In this document: one piece after another, positions 12,614-24,536 of the stretch
Numbering within the stretch: the first letter of the stretch is position 1
Layout: each line of letters begins with the position of its first letter
From: Trichodelitschia bisporula
Taxonomy: Eukaryota
NCBI GenBank assembly: GCA_010356995.1
Contig: ML996707.1
Coordinates: forward strand, 434,001-498,000
Reading direction: 5' to 3'
DNA: 64,000 nucleotides
Translations under genes and position numbers: made by a program
Notes under the pieces: model-generated
Told to the model about the DNA's origin: nothing
The model's input: the letters and a program-made list of their open reading frames with translations, nothing else
The model's database searches: none

Positions 12614-15600
12614 ATGGTTTTTCACAGGCCCAAGTGGCTGAAGGGCTCGAAACTAGAGGAGGCGCATGCCCCACCAATTTACAGCCTACCTCCGGTGCAA
12701 CAACGACCCTACAAAGCTTCCGTGCAACCAGTTCGGGTCCAGGAAACAGAAGAGCAGCCTTCTACAACCAATCTCCGACCAGTCGGCGCTCAAGAAGCCA
12801 ACTTTGGCCTTTCGGTTCCGAGACACGGACATCAAAGATGCAATTCAGCATCATCTGACCTGGACGCCATCCCACAGGCGGAGGCCGAAGCTCGCAAGCA
12901 TATCGCAAAGATTCGAGCCGAAAAAGGTCTTGATGGGACCGACAGCAATACTGCCGACTTGCAGGCCGCCCTCGTTGTGTAAGATATGTGCCAGACCGAC
13001 CTCTTCTAGGAACTAACGTGTTCAGTCTTTCTGAGCAGTTGTACCAGAAGTCAACCCACTTTCTCTTGGAGTTGGTGCAAAATGCGGATGACAACGCCTA
13101 CAATGTGCCCAAGCCTACATTAAATATCACATACGAGAAGCGCACCCTTCGTATTGACTGCAATGAAGTCGGCTTTGCTAAGAAGAATGTCGAAGCCATC
13201 TGCCGAATCGGCCGGAGTTCGAAGGCCGGCTTGGATAATTCGAGGCGGTATATCGGCGAAAAGGGCATTGGCTTCAAGTCCGTATTCAGGGTGTCTGATG
13301 TGGTCTCCATCTTCTCCAACCACTACTCATTCAAGTTCGATAAGAGCCAGCGCCTCGGCATGATTGCTCCCATCTGGGAAAAGTTCCCAGCCAAAACTCT
13401 GCCTGGCTACACATCCATTTTGCTACAACTTTCTCAGGATTGCGACGTTGAGGAGCTCATCCAAGAGATCAAGTCATTGGATCCCAGGCTTTTGATATTC
13501 CTGCAGAAGTTGAGACAAATCAACATCTTGATCAAGAGGGATGATGACCTCCCATGGCGCTCAGCGCTCGAGCGCCTTGATGAGCCCACCATTAATAAGA
13601 AGCACCAGCTCATTACCCTGCATCACCGTTCAAAAGTCCTCCCGTACCTTATCTTTCGGCTGCAGGTAGGAAACCTTCCAAAAGATCCGAAGCGCGAAGG
13701 CATATCGCAGTCCGAACTCCTGCTGGCCTTTCCTCTGGACGGTTCAGGCCAGCCTAGAATCGAACCGCAGAACGTCTACGCGTTTCTCCCAGTCCGAGAC
13801 TATGGCTTTAAGGTCTGAGGCTCCTCCAAAAAACCGCCAAAGTACTAACGCCTTTCAGTTCTTACTCCAGGCCGATTTTCTTCTCATTGCTAGCCGCGAG
13901 GACATTAACTCGTCTGCAGACTGGAACCAAGCCTTGCTCCAAATGGTGCCGCTTGCGCTGCACGATGCTATCAAGGAGTTTAATTCGGGGAATATGCGAT
14001 ACTCATGGCTCCCTTATCTACCACTACGCCCGTACGTCGGTGATTTTTTCAAGGGACTCGAAGACCACACGCTTGATGTGCTTCAGACGTCAGCCATCCT
14101 TGAGTCCTTTGACAACAGGCTCATGATCCCAGGGTCACTCATATATGTACCCGCAAAGTTTGCTGATACTGACGGAAAGCCGCTCATTCTCACTAAAAGG
14201 ACGATGGCCAAGTATCTCTCTCACAAATACTCGGCCAATGACTGGTACCGACTTTCCCATCTGGGAGTGCGGAGCCTTACGATTGATGGCTTCATTGACG
14301 ACCTCAGCAGTTACATTTTGGACGATCCAGCTAGCTTTCAAAAGCAGCCTGATGCGTGGCATTCTCGTCTTGCGCAAGTCTTAGTCTCTCAAATCTTCAG
14401 CAACAAAGCGTACCAGGCTGCAATTGCTACCCTCCAGATCGTTCCGCTTCGGGACGGCGGATGGGCGGCTCCAGCTGAAGTAAACCTTTTGTTTCCGTCC
14501 CGTTCAAAGGCTCTCGTTCTGCCGAAAGGACTTGACATTGTCGAAATCCACCCTCGTGCTGAGACGGACAACCCGCGTCGACAGCTCTTCATGGCGCTGG
14601 GAGCCAAAGAATTCCAGAAAGAGCAAATTTGCGATATCATTACTCGGTCCCACGAAAAGCGTGAATTCCAGCCAGAAAAGCTTACGACTGAGGAGCTGGT
14701 GTCCCAGATTGTTTTCCTCTATCAGTCAGGTTGGCGGAATGCCGACAGACGTGATGTGTGGTTCGCCACGGAGAGCGGGAAACGCTGCCACGGCTCGCAG
14801 GCGTACATGGACTCGGATGTTGAGTATGCAGCGAACTCTGTGTTTTCAGAGAGCAGAGGTCAACTGTCGTTCCTCCATGGAGACTACTACAAGGCTTTCC
14901 AGGTTACAGTCACTTCGGACAAGGTGGATGCTACCTCAAAGTCAGAGGATTGGGAGAAGTGGCTCGCTGCCCATATGAACGTGGCTCAGATACCTCGTCT
15001 AGCTACACCGTCCATCGGAGCACCCTTTTCTCTGTCTAAGGAGTTTGAGCAGCTCCTCAACACGCTTTCGTCAACGGAACTGCTGCTTCTGGTCCGGCAT
15101 CATTGGAAATACTACTCACGATGGATTGCGTACGAAGACTCCCGTGTCAAAAAGTCCGTCTGGGAGATTTCACAAGGGAAACTAAAAAAGAAGCTGTCCT
15201 CCATCCAAGTCATGTGTCGCGACGGTACGATGGCTCCGTTGAACAAGACCTTCTTGCCTCTGAGCAGCATGCAACTCGAAAGTTTTGTCTCCGTTCCATT
15301 CCTAGACGTTCCTGAACCTGACGATGACCGATGGGACTTCCTGCGTCACTTCGGCGTGATTGTCGAATTGGATGCCGCTTTCTTCATTGAATGTGTCCGA
15401 AGGTTGAAGGATGGGCAAACCACGCAGAAGCAGGTCTCACAGCTGTACGAGCAGATAAGCTTGTGGGCCACGCGAGACAACGCCGATTCCATCAGACGTA
15501 CCTTCGACTCCCAAAAGCTCATACTCATTCCTGACGATAGCAATGAAAGTGGAGGCGAGTGGGTCAGCATCGAGGAATGTATCTGGAGTGGACCAAAGTG

Positions 15601-18600
15601 TCTCAAGTCGACACACTGCCTGGAAAGGCACTATCCTGAGCACCAGGCCTTACTCAGAGACATGCTGAGAGTTGGAGACGCAAACATCAATACCCTGGTA
15701 TCCGAAGCGCGCTGCATCGTTGCGTCCGACAGCTTGGAGTATATATCGCAGGTTTTTATCGCCCTCAGCAAATACCTGGAGCTGGCAAATTCGGACTCAG
15801 CAGTCAGACCACTTGTTGCATGCCCGATCTTCCCTGTGACGACCGGAAAGTCTAACTCCGAGTATGATTCACTTGCTACTGCGGCACCGGACGACATGTG
15901 GTTTGTGGCTGACCGCTCGCACTTGCGAGATAGTTTCGAACTTCTGGTTCCATTGCTGGCGTTCGGCATTGATGTTGTCGAAAAGATCGGCCCACTCATC
16001 GACTCGCTGGATATGGAGCGTCGTATGCTATCCAAAGTCGCCAAGGGCGTGTCAAAGGCGCATGGAAGAGTTGAGATTGATCCAAAGTACACAAAGTCTC
16101 TTCGACAGAAGGCCAGATTCATTGCTCGGTAAGGTCTTCGGCATCAGCGTTTCGCTCACATGACGTAATTCAGATGCTAATGTCGATCAGACTGGTTCCA
16201 AAGGAAAGCGCGAACCGGGCCGGGATCCTTCGACTGCTTCCCAAGATCGAAGTGTACCAGTCCGAAAAGGTGCTGGTCGAATGGGTCGTCACTCTGTCTG
16301 GAAATACCTTTTACGGTAGGGCCGACGCCGGGAGGGTGACTTCTTCTCCTGGAAAGCTGGGTCTGAAAATCTTCTTGACTGAGGAGGATATCCATGCGGC
16401 GTTGCCACCCCTCGAGCTCCAAGAGGAATTGGCCAACTTTAGCGAGATCCGCGACCCGAAGCATTTCACCATTTTGCTCTACATCCTTATGCAAAATGAT
16501 TTTTCAGCCATTGGAGACACTTTTGAGCGCCGCGGGATATCCGGTGAGGTCCCAGAGTTTGACGCTGCGAGCGGCGGTGCCGACGACGGAGCCGAGCCGC
16601 TGATTCGACCCTCCAAGCCTCAAGAAGCCCAGAGGAACAGGCGACTCCTATTCAAAGGCCGACGCCGGCCCGTTAAAGATCACGACTCTGAAGATGCACT
16701 GTCTTCCTTCATCAAAAAGGTCGAGAGGGTTGTCAATCTCAAGAAGTCGAGTGCAGAGCCATGGGGAAGCACTGATATGGCTGGTCTCTTGTCGAAGATA
16801 TGCAAGGTAGAAAACCGCGATGCTGACATACTTCTACCGCGCCCGCGCTTGGAGCTTGGTGATATGGGCGATCCAGTCGAGTCGATGTTTGATGCGAGAA
16901 CCGGGCAGTGGAAAGAGATGGTCATTCATCCTGACGACCCGACAGCGGCAAGTAAAGATGGGCAGGGGCCTGCGACGGATTATCGAAGAGTTCCCGATGT
17001 GGACGAGGAAACCCGGTACATCGGAGAGCTTTCGGTGTCTAAACTTTTCGAGTCTTACCTGGGCGGCACATACGATCCGAATGTCCACTGGACAAGCCCA
17101 CTACGCGGCAAAGCTGGCCACATGCCTTACGAGAACTGTGGTGCAGGTGCCTCGACATTTACCATATCATCGCAGGGGGAAATGTTCACGAAGTTTTTGG
17201 CGAAGCGTGGATTCCTCCGGGCAGCCTCGTGGACGACGGCGCCAGCCTACCATATTCATGTCGTCTCAACCTACAAGGGACTTCAGTCCACCTTTCTGCT
17301 CGACCCGACACAGGTCGAAAAGGCAAGTTATGGAACGACGTTCTGCAAATCCTAAGGTTTCTAATATGTGGATAGGCTCAAAAGTCCTCGATGCTGCGTG
17401 ACAGCGGCACGTCTCCCAAGGCGGTATTCATTTTAGTCTCTGTCTTCAAGATAACATCAGATCCTGGTATTGCGCTATTCGTCGATCCATGGCAACTTCA
17501 TGTCAACGGATCTCTGTCTCTGCTTTCACGCACGCCTTACTATGCCGCTTTCCAGGACGCGTCGTCTGCCATCTTGTTGCAGGGGACAGTTGATGCTCCT
17601 GAACCACAGCCGTCCGCTGAAGGCGTTCGTAAAGTCTCAAAAACCATGCAGCATGGTGGAAAAGCCGCAGCAGAAACGCAGCGTAGAGCCATGTCAAAGG
17701 ACGGGTATTACACCTATCGGCCGCTGCGCAACCACCGTGAGATCCGCCTTCTCGAGCTTTACCCCGGAAAGGACGACCAGCCCCTAGAAGGGGCGATCCG
17801 CCACGTCTCTGTTGACAAGCCCGGCGTCTACTGGGCTCTATCCTATTGCTGGGGTGCTGCCCTACAGCCTTTTACCTTCGTTACACCTGACGGCAAAATC
17901 CCGCTCACCGCTTCGTTACAAAGTGCCCTGACCGGCATCCGCGATGCTGATGTCTCAACGCTTCTCTGGGCCGACGCAATCTGCATCGACCAGGATACCG
18001 CGCTGGAGAAATGCACACAAATCCGCCTCATGTATACCATCTTTCAGTCGGCCGAAGGCGTCATCGCCTGGTTGGGAGATGAGCGTGACGGCAGCGACCG
18101 CGTCATCGAAACTCTGCTGCAAATCCGCACGCTAGCTATCAAACCTGATATCTGGCCGGAATACCTTCCCGCCGTACCCGTCTCCTGGGATGGAGGTAAC
18201 ATGCCGCCCGCCACCGACACGGTTTGGCGTGACATCGACCGCCTCTTGAACCGCGCGTGGTTCCGCCGCGCCTGGATTGTGCAGGAACTCATCCTTGCCT
18301 CAGCGGTATCTCTGTTCTGCGGCCGCTGGGCCATAAACTGGGATGACTTCTTCGAGGCCCTGAAGCTCTGCCGCGCCGCCGCACACGATCCCGGCCACCC
18401 GCTCCTTCCCCATTCGGACGCCGCCTATGCCCTCGGCCAAGCCCGCCACATGCACGCCCTCACGCCACGGCCACTGCTGACCCTGCTCGACCTCTTCGCC
18501 TACACCAACGCAACGCGCTCGCGGGACAAGCTCTTCGCGCTCCTGGCCCTCGCACCCGACGCCGCTTCCTCGTCTTTTGATCCGGACTACACCTCACCCC

Positions 18601-19454
18601 TCGAAGCCGTGCTCAGGCGCTACGCTGCCACCTTTGTAGTACAGGGTCATGCTCTCTCTCTTCTCCAGCGCGCCGGCACGGGCAAGTCTTACCCCTTCGC
18701 CAGCTGGATCCCGGCTTGGACAGTTGCGGCCGCGCTGCCGACGCTGGCGACGTGGCGCGGAATGGGCGGGACTTTTTGCGCGGGTGGAAGCGGAGTCCAG
18801 CGCGGGGAGGTGCGAGACGTGGCGTTGGTTGTGCGAGGCGTGGTTCTCGATGAGGTCGCGAGCGTGGTGAGTCCCCGGTCTGCGGATGTGGATGTCATTT
18901 CTTGGATCAACGGCCTGCGCAAAGCGGTCCTGGATCTGCGTTCCTACCCCTCGGGCGAGAGCCGCGCGGATGTGGCGCGTGCATTGCCGATTGGCGCGGC
19001 GGCGGGGCCGGTGGTTGAGCCTCCGGCTGGGAAGGTGCCGGGCATTCTTACGGGGACAGCATCGGCAGGATGGGCATCGTGGCCGAAAGACTACACGAAA
19101 TTGGTGGAGCGGGCGGGTGTTGGAAGTGTTGGGGATATGGTTTCGTTCCTCAAGCGGCCACCGGCGGAGCGTGAGGTCGTGTGGAATTATTGGCAGACTG
19201 CCGGGGCGTTTGAGGGAAGGTTTGGGAGCGCTGGGGCAGTGGGTGCTGTACTGGGGAAAGGATGGGTGGGAGTTCTCAATGCGGGAGTTGAGAAGGGAGA
19301 TCAAGTTGTATTGCTTGAGGGAGCGGCGTGTCCGCTTGTACTGCGGGGGGAGGGGGAGAGCTGGAGAGTGGTTGGGGAGGGGTACGTGCATGGAATTATG
19401 TATGGGGAGCGATGGGAGAAAGAGAAGGGTGGGAGGGAGTTTGTGCTTGTTTGA
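12614..19454 (+). CDS. ~2210-aa fusion: sacsin/NO VEIN-like GHKL (HATPase_c) ATPase + degenerate NO VEIN C-terminal (DUF3883-like) domain + HET (HET-6-like) heterokaryon incompatibility domain
   Basis: Exons 12614-12978, 13026-13812, 13859-16128, 16191-17322, 17376-19454 sum to 6633 nt (2211 codons) with every junction in frame; the last intron is GC-AG. GHKL motifs HFLLELVQNADDN, CNEVGF and IGEKGIGFKSVF. HET motifs EIRLLEL, YWALSYCWG, LWADAICIDQ, WFRRAWIVQE, and C-terminal GDQVVLLEGAACPLVLR...VGEGYVHGIMYGE. Confidence 0.85.
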
Positions 19455-21445
19455 TGCTATGGGTTAGGTGCAGTGTCCTGGATAGCGGTTGGGCTGGGGA
19501 GGGTGTCGGCGTTGCAGAACTCGGCGTTGCCGAAGGCGCATTGCAGAACTTGGGCTTGGAAGGCTGAAGTTGGGTATGCAGGCATATTGGGATCGGAACA
19601 TGGGGCGTGACGGCATCGCGGAGTTTGGCCGATGCTACGGTATTGGATACCTGGACATCTTGGGTTCTACCCCGCTTCTCCGGCCCAGCAAGTGCGGGAT
19701 GCGCAACCAGCATTATATCCCGCCAAGGGATGAGGTTGGAGCGAGCGTGCCTGCGTGCATCTGCAGGATCCTGCATTGCAAAGTGTTGGGCGAGGGCTGA
19801 ATCGGGCGAGGCTGAAGAAGGCGGAAAGAAGACGGTGGTTGGACGAGGGGTGCATTGGCGGCACGGTCACGGCATGAACTAGTAGCTAGTTCTACGGTAG
19901 TTCTAGGAGCCTGAGCCGCGGCTTCTCGGGCCTTGGGACTTGGCTAGGCTCGGACACGGGGGTACCGGTACTCGTTCCATCAGCCCTGGGATGTGGTGTT
20001 TTCTCCGGCTTCACGGAGAGATGAGGAGAGGGGAGGAGGGAAGTGGATGCGATTTAGGTGGGCTCAGCCGGAGGTCACGAGTAGATGTTGGACAAGCGCA
20101 TCAGATACTGTACTCTGCACGAGGCGAAACGAGGGTACAGCGGGCTCGAGCGCGATAGCATGTGTGATAAGAGCCCTTTCCGTGGCGGGAGTGTCGGGTA
20201 ATTTCACGGCCACTTTCACGAGACGCCGATGGACGTATGCCGAGCCCCACTCACCTCTTCCCACCTGCCGATGCCGGTGGAGACGTGGACACTGGCGTCG
20301 GGATTCGGGAAAGAGGAGGAACGGGAACAAACTACGGGTCATTTTTTGACTGGAGAGTTGGAATTTCGGTGGGGCCGTGGGGCCGTGGATCGAGGGATCG
20401 GAGTGTCGCGTGCGGTTCTACCTAGGGTGGTTCCCCAGATTTAAATGCGAACGGCTCAAGGCCGTTGGCATGTGAAAGTACATACCGGGAGAAGGCTGAG
20501 AGGGACAAAGGGCCAAAAAAGTCATGGCCGCTCTGCCTAGGTGTCTTTGCGGACGGAGCGGCTGCGACTTCGGATGGCCCCAAGACCCCGAGGCTTGCTG
20601 CAGGTTGGGTGTTCATCCTCTGATAATGACGACCCCGCATGGCCGAGAAGTGCCGACTGGCGGGTCGACGAGCAGAAGATTGGAGATTTTGAGATGAGAT
20701 GAGACAAGATGATATGCCAGATGGCTGGCCGCCGATGTGCATCTCGTATGGATGTATGGATCCAATTGATGCTCTGAAGATCCTGCTGGATACCGCGTAC
20801 CGGTACAGTAACCCATCCGGGGAAATGGGCGATTCTCTCGTGGACACATGTCGAAAGGCCTAGGCTCAAGCTTCGGCGAACAGCAAGGCAAAAGGCGTGA
20901 CGACGATAAATGGGCGTAGATTGTCTACGGTTCTGCTAATGGAGCGCTGGAAGCGGGAAGGGGTCGGGGTCAGTGGTTAGCGTTCTTCTTTGATGCTCTG
21001 CCGAGCTAGGATTCCCCAGTGTGCGCACCGACCCTTCCCAACAGTTTTTTTTTCTTTGGCCAGCAGAAAATCAACCGAAGACGCGCTGAAAAGCTGTTGA
21101 ACCGAGACAAGAGATCACTATATGTGCCGGACGGATGGAGAGGTCGTGCGGATAGCGAAGAGAAAGAAAAGGGCTAGTTGGTCTGCAGCGGAAAGGCTAC
21201 GTGTAGTGTCCACTTTACCTTCTCGTGTATATACAAGTGACGACCACATCGAGGCACGCGAGAGACTTTTGTTGTACGTTGAACAGGAAGTGACGAGAAG
21301 AGCCTCTCCCTCGTTCTACAGATCTCGTGACCTGGCGCTTGGTGAAGAGTTTGCCAAGAAGCGCTGCACGTCATAGCTACGCCCCCAGTTGGTAAGGTAC
21401 CTTTTCAACAACCTTTTCCCACCAACATCCTCACATCCTCACTCA

Positions 21446-21447
<2 letters not shown>

Positions 21448-21481
<34 letters not shown>
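21448..21481. repeat. (CT)n microsatellite upstream of / in the 5' UTR of the elongase gene
   Basis: About 16 consecutive TC/CT units read directly. Confidence 0.9.
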
Positions 21482-21484
<3 letters not shown>

Positions 21485-21733
21485 TGTTTCCGATTTGCGT
21501 CCTGCCTGTTGGCCCGCTTGTACGGCTGATACCAGAGTCTTCGGTGCGCCTCTGCGTCCAATCCCTTCGAGAAGGCGGCAAGAAAAGCTCCGTGTCAAAG
21601 CTTAGCCCGTGGTAGCTTTCTTCCAACGACCTACAAAAAAAAAGCAAACACCCCGCTCGCGCAATAAAACCTCCCGCTTTCGAAGTCTACAGCTTCTTCG
21701 TCTGCTCTCACAACTCCCTACAACACCACGGCT

Positions 21734-24536
21734 ATGTCCGGGCCCAGCCTGACGCTGCGGCTGCCGCCCAGGTGGCTGTTCGCCTTCCCTCCCGACCCCG
21801 TTCCCCTCGCACTGCCGCCGCCGACCGACGCTCGCACCTTCGCCAGCCCGTTCCCCATCGATGCGAAGCTCTTCAACGATGCGCTTGATTGGAAGGTGCC
21901 TGTCACCATTGGCGCTGTCTATGCGACCACCGCCATCTTCATGAACCGGATCAACCGCGAGCGTGGCAACAAGCCCTGGGGCTTCTCCAAGACGGCCGCC
22001 TTCCACTACTTCGTCCTCGCGCACAACATCTTCCTCGCCGTCTTCTCCGCTCTCACCTTCGTTGGCATGATCCGCGCCCTCGCACACTCGTGGCCTGGCA
22101 ACCGCGAGCTGTACATCATCGGCAAGTGGTGGCCGGGCCTGCGCACGCAGAACGGTCTGGCGGGTGCGGCTGATGCGCTCTGCAAGATGCATGGTCCGCG
22201 CGGTATTGGCGATGCGACCTACTACGACCCGCACACTCATACCTGGCTGAACAAGAACCCGAATGTGTTGCTCGCGGCCAACGGTGCTCCTGAGAACAGC
22301 GATGTTGGGCGTCTTTGGAACGAGGGTCTTGCATTCTGGGGCTGGTGGTTCTACCTCTCCAAGTTCTACGAAGTCCTCGATACCTTCATCATCTTGGCCA
22401 AGGGCAAGCGCAGCTCCACTCTGCAGACATACCACCACACGGGTGCCATGGCGTGCATGTGGGCGGGCATTCGCTACATGAGCCCTCCTATCTGGATGTT
22501 CTGCTTCTTGAACTCGGGTATTCATGCTATGATGGTAAGTGCAGCGCTCTGCTGTTGTCGCTTCCGGACGCTAATGGCCCCAGTACACCTACTATACACT
22601 CTCGGCGCTTCGCATCAAGGTTCCCCAGCGCATCAAGCGCACGCTGACGACCATGCAAATTTCCCAGTTTCTCATCGGCATGACCTTTGCGGGCCTGCAT
22701 CTCTTCGTCCACTACACCGTTCCCGTTTCGGTGCCGATCACCGTCACCGAGACCATCAGCTCCGCTATCTCGAGCGCTTCGGCTGCTGTCGCTAGTGTCG
22801 CATCTGAGGCCTCGTCGGCTGTTGCTGCGGGCGCCACGGCTGGGCTCATGGACGGTCTTAAGAAGGCGCTTTTCCGCGCTGCTGGTGAGGAGGGGCTTGC
22901 GGAGAACGTTGGGCGTCGCACTCGCGAGCCTGCGTTGAGCCGTCCTTCGAGCATTCCGGGCCACCAGATCCGCAAGCAGACCCATATGCACACCGCGTAC
23001 CAGGAGATTCCGTGCATCGACACGCAGGGACAGGCCTTTGCCGTCTGGCTCAACCTGATCTATCTTGCGCCCTTGACGTAAGTGTTCCACTGAATTGTTA
23101 GAAGACTCACCTAATCGTGTTTAAGCCTGCTCTTCGTCCGCTTCTTCATCCGCTCCTACACGCGTCGTGGCTCTCCCTCTACCAAGCACCAGACGGACCG
23201 CCGCCGCGGACAAAAGGCCATTGCTGATGCCGTGCACGGTGTTGATCGTGAGCTCAAGACTCTCGGCTCTGACGGCGCCGCTCCCGACTCTGCCCCGAAT
23301 GGCAAGAAGCACACCAACGGGTCCGCTCAACCGAACGGTCGTCACCACTCGGCGGGAAACGACCAGGCCGCGCATGATGAGGACGCTCCGCTTTCTCCTA
23401 CTCTGCACACTCCCCGTCAACCGGAACGCAACGAGGCTCTCGAGGCCCCTCGGAGCAGCTCTTCCTGCAGCGACAAGCGCCGCGTCAGCTCCACCATCGA
23501 GCGCATCGCGCAGACCTTCGCAAAGGGATCCGATGAGGCTGTCCAGGAGGAGCGTCGCGGCAGCGGTTCGGTTCGCGTTCTGAGGCAGAAGGCGAGCGAG
23601 GGCCACGAGAATCTGCGTCGGCGGTTCGAGGAGGGCGCGAAGGCGGTGCAGCCTCGCTCTGAGGACACTATCCGTCGCCAGGCGAGCTCGAGCTCCATGC
23701 GTGGCGCCTCGGCCAAGGATGACGATTCAAAGTTCTCCATGAGCTCGGATGTTATCGATCGTCTGGCGGACCAGGCTGAGGAGATGGTCAAGCGTGTGAA
23801 GCGTGCAGTCGAGACGGAAGTGTCGGTGGACCATGTGGATGATGAGGAGTCCGACGGGGCGGAGCATGAGGCTAGCTCGGAGTCCGGTGTCCTGGTTAAC
23901 GGACCGGGGTTCTCGCCTGAGGAGCTTGTGCCTCGCTCGTCCAGCCCGCGCAAATCGCGCATCCCTCTGGCTAAGACGCGCAGCGCTAGCCCGATGAAGA
24001 AGGGCGCGAAGGAGAGTGCGCCGGGTAAGAACGCGGAGGAGCGGACCCAGGATGGAACTACGGACCAGCTGATGACTAACGGTAAATCTACCCAGGAGAC
24101 GAGTCCCGCGTCCCCACGCCCGCGTGCGGCAGCGCGCGGCGCTAGCTCGCGTTCTCTGAACGACGGCGCCAGCAGCGATGAATCCCGCGTGGCTGACGAC
24201 GAGGGTGTGGGCAAGGCGGGGCTGGGGAGTGCGGAGGACAAGAGGGCTGATGATAACGAGCAGGCTTCTTCGACGACGGACGGGGACGAGCAGGGTGCGC
24301 GGGGGAGGTCGCCGAGCCGTGGGGCTTCAGCGCCGGCGTCGGAGCGGCGGGATGGGTCTGCTGAGGGGGAGGGGTTGAGTACGGATGATCCGCGCGAGGT
24401 GGGGGTTAGTTATGCGGATATGTTGCACAAGGGAGATGCTGAGAAGGAGGAGAAGGGGGAGAAGGAGGGATTGAGTGCGGATGATCCACGCGACGTGGGC
24501 GTTAGCTACGCCAACATGGTGCAGGCGGGAGCTTGA
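21734..24536 (+). CDS. Fatty acid elongase (GNS1/SUR4/ELO family) with long acidic disordered C-terminal extension, ~901 aa
   Basis: FYLSKFYEVLDT, LQTYHHTGA (His-box variant), NSGIHAMMYTYY, TTMQISQF, YLAPLTLLFVRFFIRSY. Introns 22535-22583 and 23078-23125 join three ORFs in frame (2706 nt). Confidence 0.9.

Noticed and set aside
21602..22525. 307-aa minus-strand ORF (also 23417-24241)
   Set aside because: Antisense to the GC-rich elongase coding sequence.
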